From the IMG/VR virus record IMGVR_UViG_3300028840_007436, positions 1 to 47,301 of that record: a stretch of 47,301 nucleotides of DNA; one strand, 5' to 3'. Source of the DNA: a virus (lineage: Duplodnaviria; Caudoviricetes). The notes under the pieces were generated by a model. That model was not told the origin of the DNA and searched no databases. It saw only the letters and a program-made list of their open reading frames with translations. Position numbers and translations under genes: made by a program. This document shows, in pieces, positions 9,221 to 19,248 of the stretch; position 1 is the first letter of the stretch, and each line of letters begins with the position of its first letter.

Positions 9221-9825
9221 TATCGCAGTGCCTCATGACATTGTTTTCTGATTTTATCTTCGTACTCAATTGGGATAAGGTAATCAGATTTATTAATGGT
9301 TTTGTCAATTTCTTTAAGCTTACGTATTATAGACCTCTGTTTTCTATGATCAATTGATATTTTTTCCTCAGTAATCAATAGTGTAAAATCTAATGTACTG
9401 ATTGAGGAAATAAGTTCATGCCAGATGCTTTGTCTTGCCTGGGTTATCCTGGTGATTCCAAATTTTTTATATAGAAAGATTCTATTAAAAATACCAAAAA
9501 ATTTATGTGTGTTCCTGTTGTGTGATACTTCCTCGATACTTTTAAAATAGGCTAACCTCTTTTTTTTCAGTATGTTTTGAAGGATTGTGGTTTGCCAGTC
9601 ATTTAAAAAATGATCATTTGCTAAGTCAGTATAATCAACAATTGGCACATCTGAGTCAGTAATTTTCTGCATCCTAATATTCCTGATATTCATTTTTCTA
9701 TAGAAAACCCCATTGTAAATATTAGGATTTGATATTAATGTGTCTTCCTCTGTGTATGAAAGGTAGTCTTCAATTTGCATTTGTTTTTTTATCCTCGCAT
9801 CAAACGTTACTCTCTCTTTATTCAT
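9220..9825 (-). CDS. Hypothetical protein
   Basis: 201 aa; GGAGG RBS. Confidence 0.65.
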   Translation of the reverse strand: MNKERVTFDARIKKQMQIEDYLSYTEEDTLISNPNIYNGVFYRKMNIRNIRMQKITDSDVPIVDYTDLANDHFLNDWQTTILQNILKKKRLAYFKSIEEVSHNRNTHKFFGIFNRIFLYKKFGITRITQARQSIWHELISSISTLDFTLLITEEKISIDHRKQRSIIRKLKEIDKTINKSDYLIPIEYEDKIRKQCHEALR

Positions 9826-9877
9826 TCCTTCCTCCCTCCATTCATATTATTGTTTATCTGTTACACCTGTCCCTTCA

Positions 9878-9912
9878 TATATTGTTTGATTAAATCAGGA
9901 TTTTTTTGGCAA
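9878..9912 (-). promoter_or_regulatory. Phage-specific promoter-like motif
   Basis: Reverse complement reads TTGCCAAAAAAATCCTGATTTAATCAAACAATATA. Confidence 0.6.
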
Positions 9913-10028
9913 AAAAATTTAAAAAAATTTAAAAAAATTAAAAAAAGTTTCCCTTGACATTGTCTGTCTGTTAATATAATTAATTAATTACTTAAATAAT
10001 TTTTTTTTAAACTATTAAGAGTCAATGT

Positions 10029-10211
10029 ATGGAAAAGAGAAAAAGAAAAAAATTAGAGGGTGTGCCTTGGGGTTTTAAAATAAAACCTGAGTATTTAAAG
10101 GCACTTCGTTTTTTGTCAGTTGAAAAAGACAAGTCTCTCTCTGAACTTGCCAACAGCGCAATATATAGTTATTTAAGTAAAAATAAGGACACAATTCCTT
10201 TTAAGTTATAA
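10029..10211 (+). CDS. Ribbon-helix-helix DNA-binding protein
   Basis: beta strand GFKIKP then EYLKALRFLSVEKDKSLSELANSAIYSYL. Confidence 0.7.
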   Translation: MEKRKRKKLEGVPWGFKIKPEYLKALRFLSVEKDKSLSELANSAIYSYLSKNKDTIPFKL

Positions 10212-10244
10212 TAATTCTATCGCAAGCATCACTATTACCTCCGA

Positions 10245-10283
10245 ATAAACCCAGGTCAAGATTTGGCCTGGGTTTATTTTTTT
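10245..10283 (+). terminator. Intrinsic terminator
   Basis: ATAAACCCAGGTCAA...TTGGCCTGGGTTTAT followed by a T-run. Confidence 0.7.
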
Positions 10284-10318
10284 CTGCCAAACAAATTCTG
10301 ATTCTATCAAACAATAGA
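10284..10318 (+). promoter_or_regulatory. Phage-specific promoter-like motif
   Basis: CTGCCAAACAAATTCTGATTCTATCAAACAATAGA upstream of the helicase. Confidence 0.6.
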
Positions 10319-10393
10319 CAAAATCTGTTTTTTTATTTACAAAACAGAAAAATCAGTAATTACTCACTAATTGAAAAAAGGAGGTAATATGGT

Positions 10394-12775
10394 ATGCTTA
10401 TAGACCAGGAATATCAAGACAAAATATTAGCATGTCTGTTAAAAGATCGTGATTTTTGTCTGGTTGCAGTTAGACACTTAAAACCAGAGTATTTTGAAGG
10501 GACAATACAACATAATATTGGCAAGATGGCCATAGACTTCTTTAAACGCTATGAGATCGCGCTGACGCCTATGGGCTTCACAGGGTATATGAAGGTATTG
10601 ATAAAAGATAAAAAGGCCGATATGGAGGACGTAGGGGCCTATATAAGCGAATTTAAGAGATTAAGAGAAATCTCAACGTCAGATAGCCGATATGTCCTTG
10701 AAGAATTAGTGTCTTTCTTGAAAAACCGTGAAATTAAAAAACTGATTGAAGATTCTATAGCCAAACTCTTGCCTAAAAACGACTTTCAATCGATTGAAAA
10801 GAGAATGGCTGGGATAGCCCGTATCACAACAGAGATCGAGAAAGAGCCTTATGATTATCTGGAAACAATCGAAGAACGTACCAAGAGGCGAACAGAGGAA
10901 TCAAAGATCAAACGAGTTGGTATTAGCACTGGTATTCGTCGTATGGATGAAGCGCTGCACAAGAACGGCTGGTTCCCTAAAGAGCTTTACGCAATTATAG
11001 CCCCGCCAAAGAAAGGAAAATGCGTAAAAACTGATACCTTATGTTTTACCGAAGATGGCTTAGTTGAGATTGGGGCCTATATTCCGAAGGAATTATCAGT
11101 AGATCAGTTTACGCCTAAAGAAATACAGATATTGGGAGTGAATGGCATGGAAGATACAAGCCATGTCTATAATTCAGGAATAACGCCAACTAAAAAAATC
11201 ATAACCAATCTTGGTCTTGAATTAGAGGGTACCTGGCACCACCCAGTTTTGGTAATGCAAAAAGGTCAGCATGTCTGGAAAGAAATGCAGGATTTAAAAG
11301 TTAATGACTGGCTTGTAGTAAAAACAGGCCAACAAATTTGGGGTAAACACGAAATGACTGAAGATATGGCAATGTCTATGTCAAAAGCGGCTAACAAAGA
11401 GATCCCAAAAGCCATCCTGCAATCTCCTAAGCAATATGTAAAATCATTTTTATCGACACTGTTAAGTATTGAAGGCTCTGTAATTAAATCAAATAAATCA
11501 ACTGTTCATTTTGAGATAACAATGGCCTCTAAAAAAATAATTCAACAAACTCAGATGCTCTTGTTAAACTGCGGCATAATATCAAAAGTTACATTAAAAA
11601 AATCATGCGCTACCAATGGGACTAAAATTGTGCGTGATTACTGGAAACTTAAAATATCTGGCCAAAACCTTGTTAAGTTCAAAAACGAGATTGGTCTGTA
11701 TCATTCCGAAAAGCATAATCTCCTGCCAGATGTTTTCAGTCCATCTACAGTTAGGGATTGGATACCAGAGTCAACTGGTTTGATGAAAGGGATAATTAAT
11801 GAGATTAGAAGCGCAGATTGGACGATTAGACGCTTATTCAACAAGTCCGAACACTATAGCATTAATCGCTTCATAAATCCTCCAGATGGCGAAGTAAGAC
11901 GGTTAACAATCAAATTTGCAAAAAGGATAATTGATAGGCTTGATAAAGCTGGAATATATGGGGAAGCGTCTGATCAATTACGATATATTGTCAGTGGAGG
12001 GTTTGCATACACTCAGATTAATTCTATTTCAGATAGTGAAGCGCATACTGTCGATTTTACCATACCAGGTACTCATAGCTTTGTATCCAATGGCTTAATC
12101 AGCCACAACTCTCAATCGCTCATATGGTTCTCAAATTGTGCAGCACTTCAGGGTTTTAACGCTGTACACTTTACCTGTGAGGTGTCGAAAGAGGTTGTGT
12201 CTGACCGTTTAGATGCAATGAACTCAAATGTTCAGATCAAACAGTTGCCAGAACGAATTCAGGAAGTTTCTGAGAAAGTCAAATCTATTGAAACAAAATC
12301 AAAGTTAATGATCTATGAATATCCCACCAAGCATCTGACTGTCAGCGAAATCGAGCGCCAAGTCCGAAAATTAAAAATTGAACAAGACATTCAAGCGCAT
12401 CTGATTGTTGTTGACTATGCAGATCTCTTAAAGCCGTCTTCTCGCTATAATGACAAATGGGAGGAACAAGAGGGTGTCTTTGAGGAGTTAAGGGCATTAG
12501 CAACCAAGATGAACCTCCCTGTTATAACGGCAAGCCAGGTTAATCGAGTAGGCTCAAAAAAGCATGTTATCAGTGGCGAAGATATTGCTGGTAGTTGGGG
12601 AAAGATCATGGTCGCTGATGAGATCATCACTTTATCCGCCTCCAAAGAAGAGATGGCCGAAAATAAACTAAGGATTCATTTTTCTGAATCAAGAAACTCG
12701 CCTTCCACTACCTTCAAGATATCAACAGCCTATAATTTCGGTCGCTTTTATACAGAGTATCTCGGAGATGAATAA
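10394..12775 (+). CDS. dnaB: DnaB-like replicative helicase containing an intein
   Basis: ISTGIRRMD, Walker A APPKKGK|S split by the intein, IVVDYADLL, TASQVNR. Confidence 0.9.
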   Translation: MLIDQEYQDKILACLLKDRDFCLVAVRHLKPEYFEGTIQHNIGKMAIDFFKRYEIALTPMGFTGYMKVLIKDKKADMEDVGAYISEFKRLREISTSDSRYVLEELVSFLKNREIKKLIEDSIAKLLPKNDFQSIEKRMAGIARITTEIEKEPYDYLETIEERTKRRTEESKIKRVGISTGIRRMDEALHKNGWFPKELYAIIAPPKKGKCVKTDTLCFTEDGLVEIGAYIPKELSVDQFTPKEIQILGVNGMEDTSHVYNSGITPTKKIITNLGLELEGTWHHPVLVMQKGQHVWKEMQDLKVNDWLVVKTGQQIWGKHEMTEDMAMSMSKAANKEIPKAILQSPKQYVKSFLSTLLSIEGSVIKSNKSTVHFEITMASKKIIQQTQMLLLNCGIISKVTLKKSCATNGTKIVRDYWKLKISGQNLVKFKNEIGLYHSEKHNLLPDVFSPSTVRDWIPESTGLMKGIINEIRSADWTIRRLFNKSEHYSINRFINPPDGEVRRLTIKFAKRIIDRLDKAGIYGEASDQLRYIVSGGFAYTQINSISDSEAHTVDFTIPGTHSFVSNGLISHNSQSLIWFSNCAALQGFNAVHFTCEVSKEVVSDRLDAMNSNVQIKQLPERIQEVSEKVKSIETKSKLMIYEYPTKHLTVSEIERQVRKLKIEQDIQAHLIVVDYADLLKPSSRYNDKWEEQEGVFEELRALATKMNLPVITASQVNRVGSKKHVISGEDIAGSWGKIMVADEIITLSASKEEMAENKLRIHFSESRNSPSTTFKISTAYNFGRFYTEYLGDE
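11021..12109 (+). mobile_element. Intein (363 aa) with a LAGLIDADG-like remnant
   Basis: Begins CVKTDT, block B GTWHHPVL, FLSTLLSIEGSV, ends HSFVSNGLISHN followed by Ser+1. Confidence 0.92.
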
Positions 12776-12801
12776 AAACTTTTAGTTTTCCCCAAAAACA
12801 C

Positions 12802-12837
12802 AAAACAAGTTATGGAAAATTTTCCATAACTTGTTTT
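12802..12837. repeat. Dispersed palindrome copy 4 (core 12809-12830)
   Basis: AAAACAAGTTATGGAAAATTTTCCATAACTTGTTTT. Confidence 0.95.
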
Positions 12838-13011
12838 TTTATTTTGTTCGTTTGTGACCTTTCCATAGCTTGTTTTGCAATCCCTTTTTTAAGGCAAAGT
12901 CAGTTTTTTAACAGTTTCATAAAAAATTTAAGGCCAAAATCAACAAAAAATGGATACCAAGTCCGTCAGGATTGCAAGTAAAATCAACAAATAAAAAAAA
13001 ATAAAAAAAGA

Positions 13012-13046
13012 TTGCCAAATAAATGAACTTTCATTTAAAAAATATA
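13012..13046 (+). promoter_or_regulatory. Phage-specific promoter-like motif
   Basis: TTGCCAAATAAATGAACTTTCATTTAAAAAATATA. Confidence 0.5.
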
Positions 13047-13193
13047 AAAAAGAAAAGAAAGGGGAAAATATTTATCTCTTAATTTCCGTGTTATTTATAC
13101 TGGGAATTGCAAAAGAAAGTGTTGACAGAAGAGAAAGAAAAAGAAAGAAACTTTTAAAGTTTTGGGTTTTGAAAAAGAAAGGAAAGAAAGAGC

Positions 13194-13346
13194 ATGGAAA
13201 AAGTAAACTATCAAAAAGCTGATATTTGGATTTGGACTTGTCCAGATTGCCATAAGGAAAATATAGAAGAAGAAGAGCCTCTTTACATAGAGACACTTGA
13301 ATGCAGCGAATGTCTTAAAACGTTTGAAGTTGGAGACGAGGAATAA
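13194..13346 (+). CDS. 50 aa zinc-ribbon protein (absent from the ORF track)
   Basis: MEKVNYQKADIWIWTCPDCHKEN...ECSECLKTFEV. Confidence 0.65.
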   Translation: MEKVNYQKADIWIWTCPDCHKENIEEEEPLYIETLECSECLKTFEVGDEE

Positions 13347-13350
13347 TAAA

Positions 13351-13386
13351 AAAACAAGTTATGGAAACTTTTCCATAACTTGTTTT
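13351..13386. repeat. Dispersed palindrome copy 5 (core 13358-13379, one mismatch)
   Basis: GTTATGGAAACTTTTCCATAAC. Confidence 0.9.
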
Positions 13387-13420
13387 TGTGTTTTGGATTG
13401 GATTGGATTGGATTGGATAA

Positions 13421-14353
13421 ATGAAGCGAATTAACTTAGAGAAGTTTATTACTGAAAATTGCAGTTATAGCTATTCAGGAGATGGTTCCCAGCTTATCAT
13501 AGAAGATGACTGTCCTTGGTGTGGTAAGTCAGGAAAGATATATGTCTCTGTTGAAGATAATATAGGCTTATGTTTTTATTGCTCTGAAGGCTTTCATGCA
13601 AATAAGTTTGTTAGAGCCATGACTGGAGGAACAAGTGCTGCCTTCAAAGCAATGGAAACAGAAGACAGTCGTTTTCTACATAAAGAGCGTGATACTGATT
13701 TTTGGGTTCCTGAAATGACATCTCTTCCAGATCATGCAATGCAGTATCTTGAAAAAAGAGGCATTTCTCCAGAGCTTATAGATCGCTTTTCAATTAAATA
13801 CAGCCCTGATAATATCCGTATTAAGAATAAATTAAAGTTTACTGGGAAAAGGATCATTATCCCAGTATATTCTATTGGCAGTAAGCTGGTAGGATGGACA
13901 GGACGAGACATATCTGGAAAACAAAAGATAAAATATTTGTTTCCAGATCACTTCAGAGCATCTCAGCATCTATATAATGCTAATACCATTAAAACAGATC
14001 AGCCATACCTGATATTGTCTGAAGGCGTTTTTGACGTCTACGGCTGGTATAAGGCAGGTTTCAAGAGTGTAGTGGCGTCTTTCGGGAAAAAGATATCTCC
14101 AGAACAACTTCGCATAATAAAGCGTTTAAAGCCAAGAGTTTTATTCCTGGCTTGGGATACAGACGCTTATTGGCAGAAGCAAGAGCTTGCCTCGAAGTTG
14201 ACTAATCTGCTGAAAGTCAAAATAGTGGACCTAAATGGTCGAGACTCTGACGAGCTTGAAAAAGACGCCTTATACGATGCCTTAATTAACTCAGAGGAAT
14301 ACTCATGGTCTGCCAAGATATATCATGGCTTACAGAGATTGGATAGCTGCTAA
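13421..14353 (+). CDS. DNA primase (zinc ribbon plus TOPRIM)
   Basis: CPWC..CFYC, RIIIPVY..GWTGR, KY, EGVFD, WDTD. Confidence 0.88.
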   Translation: MKRINLEKFITENCSYSYSGDGSQLIIEDDCPWCGKSGKIYVSVEDNIGLCFYCSEGFHANKFVRAMTGGTSAAFKAMETEDSRFLHKERDTDFWVPEMTSLPDHAMQYLEKRGISPELIDRFSIKYSPDNIRIKNKLKFTGKRIIIPVYSIGSKLVGWTGRDISGKQKIKYLFPDHFRASQHLYNANTIKTDQPYLILSEGVFDVYGWYKAGFKSVVASFGKKISPEQLRIIKRLKPRVLFLAWDTDAYWQKQELASKLTNLLKVKIVDLNGRDSDELEKDALYDALINSEEYSWSAKIYHGLQRLDSC

Positions 14354-14728
14354 GCCTTCCAGCCCATAAGCAACTAAAGTATCTTTCATTTCTTTGTCAA
14401 TTTTTTCATTAATTTCTTTCTTTGATAGACCTATTAGATCTTTACGAGCTTCCAATATATCGGTTAGTAAATTATAAGCTTCCAGGTTGGTACTCTTAAG
14501 AATTGCTGGCAGCAAGTTCTTAGGCATTTGATATGCTCTTAATACTTGAGTTAATTTTCCAAGAGGAACTGGGGTCTTTCCAGATTCAAACATAGACACA
14601 AAATTTGAGTGTCTTAGTTCTAAATCAGTTGCAATATCTTTTTGAGTAATCCCCTGTTCCTCTCTGTGTGTTTTTAGTAGCGAGCCTACTATTATATGAG
14701 CTGCTTTGGTTTTGTCTGTGTTTGCCAT
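14330..14728 (-). CDS. XRE-family HTH regulator
   Basis: LKTHREEQGITQKDIATDL...VSMFESGK. Confidence 0.8.
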   Translation of the reverse strand: MANTDKTKAAHIIVGSLLKTHREEQGITQKDIATDLELRHSNFVSMFESGKTPVPLGKLTQVLRAYQMPKNLLPAILKSTNLEAYNLLTDILEARKDLIGLSKKEINEKIDKEMKDTLVAYGLEGLAAIQSL

Positions 14729-15041
14729 ATTTATGATCCTTTTTTTTGAATTTAATATTAAAAAAATAAAATAATTAATTAAAAAAATAATTATTTTATT
14801 TTTTAATTAACTATAAATATAAAAAAGTTAATTGTCAATAATTAATCTATTAGTTATTTTACATGGTTAGCTTTTGCTAAAATAACTGTTGACAAGTAGG
14901 TTGAAATATGTAATTATATGAGCATCTTGGAGATATTCAGGGTGAAAATAAAAACGGTTTTAAAAGGGGGATAAAACGGTTTTACGTGTTTAATAATTAA
15001 ACTAATTACTTAATTATTTTAAAATAAAAAAAGGGGATAAT

Positions 15042-16979
15042 ATGTCAACTTTAGAAAAAGTGGCAAGAACGATATCGAATAAATACAATATAACCGTACA
15101 ATTTAAAGGACGAGATGCTATGACAAATGGTGAAACAATAATCTTGCCATCTCTTCCAGAAAATTCAGAGTTGACAGAAGAAGAGTTTCAAATTTTAAAT
15201 GGCTATCTTGATCATGAAGTTAGCCATGTTCTGCATTCTGAGTTTTATGAGATTTGTGATCCAGAGGTTAAGATGACCACTAACCTCTTGGAGGATATCC
15301 GTATTGAAAAAGAGATGTCTAAAAAATATCCTGGTGCGAAATTAAATCTAAATAATACCACTAATTACTTATTAGATAATGACGAGATGGATTTTAATCA
15401 TCCTTATGGGAAAATTTTTTACGAAGGGCGTAGACAAATTGGTTATGCCCTTCATAAAAAATATAATTTCTGCAATGAGATTAAAGACATTTTTGGTAAT
15501 GATTTTTTTGAGCGTTTGGATTCTCTGCAATCAACAAGAGACGCAGAGAGAATGGCTAAAGACATTCTTAAAATTTATAAACAAGAGCAACAAGAGCAAC
15601 AAGAGCAACAACAAAAGCAAGAACAAAAGCAAGAACAAAAGCAAGAACAAAAGCAAGAACAAAAGCAACAAAAGCAACAAAAGCAAGATCAGGAGCAACA
15701 GCAAGATCAGGAGCAACAGCAAGGACAAGAGAAGCAGCAAGAACAAGAACAAGAACAAGAACAAGAACAAGAACAAGGACAACAGCAACAACAGCAACAA
15801 CAGCAACAACAGCAACAGCAACAACAGCAACAACAGCAACAACAGCAGCAACAACAGCAACAACAACAACAACAACAGCAACAACAGCAACAACAGCAAC
15901 AACAGCAACAACAGCAGCAAGAGCAGCAAGATGGAGATCAGGGTGGGGATGCAGAATTAGAACAACCTAAAAAAATACCAGATTTAAGCAAATTTTCTGA
16001 TCCATCTGAAAAGTTAAAAACTAAAATAAGAACGATGCATGATAAGGCTTTAGAGCGTTCTGATTATCTTGTTTACGACAAATCAGAAGATGAGATGCTC
16101 CAGGTACCTGAAGCATCTAATGCTAAGAAATATAGTGTCTCTCGTTACAAGGGAGATAATCGTTCTCAGGAACGGGTTTTCTCTGATTTAAAGCGGTCTT
16201 TAGGGTCTTTAAATACAGTAAAAACTAAGATAGCGAATATGTTCCAGGCAAAAGTTTTTGAAAAATGGTTGAATGATAGGGATCAGGGAAAAATTAATAA
16301 TAGGGCATTAGCCAGAGTGCAAACTGGCAATAATAAAGTTTTTAAAACTAAGATTGCATCTAAAGAGTCTGATACAGCTATTATGTTTTTAGTTGATATG
16401 TCTTTTTCAATGGTCAGAGAAAATGATAGACACAGAATGGCTTTTCAATCTGTTGTGTTGTTTTTAGAAACGCTTAAATTAACTCGAATTAAAAGCGCTG
16501 TGTGGGGATATACAACTAAGATACCTACAAAAAGACCCTCAGAAGAGTGTTATAGCGTTGAGTATGGTCGGGTTGAGCCGTTAATGACTTATATATTCAA
16601 AAAGTTTGATGAGGCATATTCTAAGAAAGTTAAAAATCGTATCGGTAATTATATCAATTTAAGTCATGTTGAAAACTGTGATGGGGAAAATGTCAATCTG
16701 GCCGTTAGGCATCTCCAGACACGCAAAGAAAAACGTAAGATTCTTTTTGTTTTGTGCGATGGATATGTCTGTTCGTCTGCCTCTTCTAAAGTAGGAGAAG
16801 ATTACTTAAAAAAAGTTGTTGAAAATTCTAAAAAGAGAGGAGTTGAGGTAATTGGAATTGCAATAGGAGACGCAGTTAAAAAAGTATCACAGTTTTACCC
16901 TAAGCACATAGTTGTCAATGACGTTAAAAATTTATCAACTAAGCTTTTTGAGGGGCTTAGGAGCGTTTTAAAGGTTTAA
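15042..16979 (+). CDS. CobT-like vWA protein with a polyglutamine linker
   Basis: N-terminal GYLDHEVSH..LEDIRIE; MIDAS DMSFSM; KILFVLCDG; Gln-rich central tract. Confidence 0.85.
   Translation: MSTLEKVARTISNKYNITVQFKGRDAMTNGETIILPSLPENSELTEEEFQILNGYLDHEVSHVLHSEFYEICDPEVKMTTNLLEDIRIEKEMSKKYPGAKLNLNNTTNYLLDNDEMDFNHPYGKIFYEGRRQIGYALHKKYNFCNEIKDIFGNDFFERLDSLQSTRDAERMAKDILKIYKQEQQEQQEQQQKQEQKQEQKQEQKQEQKQQKQQKQDQEQQQDQEQQQGQEKQQEQEQEQEQEQEQGQQQQQQQQQQQQQQQQQQQQQQQQQQQQQQQQQQQQQQQQQQQQQQQEQQDGDQGGDAELEQPKKIPDLSKFSDPSEKLKTKIRTMHDKALERSDYLVYDKSEDEMLQVPEASNAKKYSVSRYKGDNRSQERVFSDLKRSLGSLNTVKTKIANMFQAKVFEKWLNDRDQGKINNRALARVQTGNNKVFKTKIASKESDTAIMFLVDMSFSMVRENDRHRMAFQSVVLFLETLKLTRIKSAVWGYTTKIPTKRPSEECYSVEYGRVEPLMTYIFKKFDEAYSKKVKNRIGNYINLSHVENCDGENVNLAVRHLQTRKEKRKILFVLCDGYVCSSASSKVGEDYLKKVVENSKKRGVEVIGIAIGDAVKKVSQFYPKHIVVNDVKNLSTKLFEGLRSVLKV
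15580..15929 (+). repeat. CAA/CAG-based coding repeat; 47 consecutive Gln codons at 15780-15920
   Basis: QKQE, QE and CAACAGCAA tandem units read directly from the sequence. Confidence 0.95.
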
Positions 16980-16980
16980 G

Positions 16981-17002
16981 GTTATGGAAAATTTTCCATA
17001 AC
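16981..17002. repeat. Dispersed palindrome copy 6
   Basis: Exact 22-bp core just after the stop codon. Confidence 0.95.
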
Positions 17003-17131
17003 TTGTTTTTTGTTTTGATTAGTAAAAAAAAGTAAAAAATAATAAAAAAAAGTGTTGACAAATGGAGCATATTAATATAAGTTATTAATTAATTTGATTT
17101 TATAGTGTTTTAAATAAAAAGGGGAGGGGAT

Positions 17132-18238
17132 ATGAAATTAAATAATGCTGATTTGTCAAAAGTAAAATGTTCTATATGTGGCTATGAGGATCATGTTTTG
17201 ATTCCTCATATTTTGAATGATCATAAAATAAAAATGTCTGAATATCAGGAACAATTTCCTGAAGCTCAGATATTGTCGCCTTTGGCCAAAGAGCGTCTGA
17301 AAAAAATCCAATCTGAAGGTCCAGAGATCAAGAAAAAAGAGTTTGATATCGAGAACACCTTTGGCGTCAAGGCATTTCAGAAAATCAATATAGTTGAAGG
17401 ATACGACAAGCCTTTTGAGACAACTCCTAAAGTTGATCCTGGTTATGTTTTTGACAGAGATAAGCTGAAACAAGTTCTTTATGCACTTCAAAAACCTAAA
17501 AAGCGTCTGTTGTTTTCAGGCCCGACAGGATCAGGAAAATCCTCTATTATAGAGCAAGTCTGCGCTCGTCTTAATCTGCCGTTTTACAGGATCAATTTTG
17601 ATTCAGATATCACAAGGGCCGACTTCATCGGTCAATGGATCTTGAAGGGGAAAGACATGGTCTTCCAGTACGGGTTACTTCCCCAGGCGATCAAACAAAG
17701 AGCCGTTCTATTACTCGATGAGATAGATTGCGTCAATCCCAGTGTTGGTATGGCCTTGCAGACGGTTTTGGAAGGTTCCAGCCTGACCATTACTGAAAAC
17801 TCAGAAGTCTTGGAGGTTCCAGAGGATTTTGTGATCTTTGGTACAGCAAACACTGTTGGCAGAGGAGATGAGTCAGGCTTATACTCAGGAACTACTCCGC
17901 AGAATTACGCTACGATGAATAGATGGTCTATGATTTCTATGTATGATTATCTTGATCGAGAAATTGAACAAGAGATTTTGATTAGAAAAACAGGCATTGA
18001 GGACAAGCGTCCAGACCGAATCTTGTCTAATATGCTAAAGTTTGCAAATTTGATCAGAGCGGCGTTCAAAAAAGAGGAATGCACTTGTCCGATCTCTACC
18101 AGAAATCTGGTCAACATATGTGAAATGATAGTAGATTTTGGGGATTTAAGGTTGGCTTATGAGTTGGGTTTTTTAAATTCTCTTGGGTCTGATGATAGAG
18201 AGTTTGTGGAGGCTATATACCAGCGCGTTTATTGTTAA
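17132..18238 (+). CDS. CobS-like MoxR-type AAA+ ATPase with an N-terminal zinc finger
   Basis: GPTGSGKS, LLLDEID, TANTVGRGD, ISTR; CSICG..H...H at the N-terminus. Confidence 0.88.
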   Translation: MKLNNADLSKVKCSICGYEDHVLIPHILNDHKIKMSEYQEQFPEAQILSPLAKERLKKIQSEGPEIKKKEFDIENTFGVKAFQKINIVEGYDKPFETTPKVDPGYVFDRDKLKQVLYALQKPKKRLLFSGPTGSGKSSIIEQVCARLNLPFYRINFDSDITRADFIGQWILKGKDMVFQYGLLPQAIKQRAVLLLDEIDCVNPSVGMALQTVLEGSSLTITENSEVLEVPEDFVIFGTANTVGRGDESGLYSGTTPQNYATMNRWSMISMYDYLDREIEQEILIRKTGIEDKRPDRILSNMLKFANLIRAAFKKEECTCPISTRNLVNICEMIVDFGDLRLAYELGFLNSLGSDDREFVEAIYQRVYC

Positions 18239-18265
18239 AGTAAACACTTAGTTAGTTTAGTTAAA

Positions 18266-18769
18266 ATGGGGAGGGAGGGGAAGATGACAGAAAGTGATTT
18301 TATGCGATACGCTAAATACTGGTTTAAACACCTAAGTGGTCTTGGCTATGCAGTTGAATATCAAGAGGTTTATAACGAGCTATGGCTAGTTAAGGAACAG
18401 GCGATGAGAAAGTTTATAACTAACGCAGGCACAAAGCAAAAAACATACTTGTATTCAGTGTTTACAAATCATGTACGCGCTTGGAAAAGACGAATGAAAT
18501 ATAATTATGTGGAAGTTAATTGCGATTATGTAGAGTATCTTGGAGAAACAACAGATCCTTGCGTTTTGTTAGATTATATAGGCGTTTTTAGCGATACTGA
18601 ATTGAAGTTGCTGGAGACAATGGTATCAGAGGGGTTTGAGGACAATTTATCCCAGCAACCAAAGCGAAACCTTAAAGCAGCGCTTATGGACAAGGCCAAT
18701 ATGCGATATAGGGCAGTTCGCAGCGGTATTGAGAATATTCGTTTCGCTTTGAGACAAGAGTTAAATTAA
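18266..18769 (+). CDS. Putative phage sigma-70-family factor
   Basis: QEVYNELWL..AMRKF..AGTKQKTYLYSVFTNHVR resembles region 2; FSDTELKLLE..IRFAL resembles region 4. Confidence 0.55.
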   Translation: MGREGKMTESDFMRYAKYWFKHLSGLGYAVEYQEVYNELWLVKEQAMRKFITNAGTKQKTYLYSVFTNHVRAWKRRMKYNYVEVNCDYVEYLGETTDPCVLLDYIGVFSDTELKLLETMVSEGFEDNLSQQPKRNLKAALMDKANMRYRAVRSGIENIRFALRQELN

Positions 18770-18798
18770 TCGATTACTTAATTTATAGAGGGGGAGTT

Positions 18799-19188
18799 AT
18801 GACAGCAATCGTAGAAAAACTTATGACAGACATTGAGGCAATTTTTCAGCCACCTAAAGACGGTAAGAAAGACTGTTTTGGGACAGCTTGTTTTCAGGCC
18901 AACTCTGAGAAATGTAAATCTTGCAATCAGGGTGTTGCTTGCCAGGCAGAGTTTGTTGAAAATTATGCTGATATTATGACCGAGTTTTCAAATGAAATCA
19001 ATGATTTGGCTGAGACTCTTGAAAAGAAAACAGAGACAATCGAAGTCACAGAGGAAATTATTGAACCAGAGGTTGTGGTTGAAGAAGATCCAGTTATTGA
19101 AGTTGAAATTAAAAGATCAGAACCAGAGGAGCCAGAAATTTCAATTAGTAGCTTATTCGATAGCTTTATAGCGTCTGCAACAAAATAA
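18799..19188 (+). CDS. Acidic hypothetical protein with a Cys cluster
   Basis: CFG..CF...CKSC....C; GGAG RBS. Confidence 0.6.
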   Translation: MTAIVEKLMTDIEAIFQPPKDGKKDCFGTACFQANSEKCKSCNQGVACQAEFVENYADIMTEFSNEINDLAETLEKKTETIEVTEEIIEPEVVVEEDPVIEVEIKRSEPEEPEISISSLFDSFIASATK

Positions 19189-19199
19189 AATAAAAACAG

Positions 19200-19221
19200 G
19201 TTATGGAAAATTTTCCATAAC
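19200..19221. repeat. Dispersed palindrome copy 7
   Basis: Exact core. Confidence 0.95.
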
Positions 19222-19248
19222 TTGTTTTGAGAAAAAAAGGAGTAATTA

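Noticed and set aside
13393-13417. (TTGGA)5 microsatellite just before the primase start as a phase-variation switch
   Set aside because: The repeat is real but short, there is no evidence of variability, and it may simply supply the RBS
15379-15960. Poly-Asn/Ser and poly-Leu ORFs
   Set aside because: Shadow frames of the polyQ repeat
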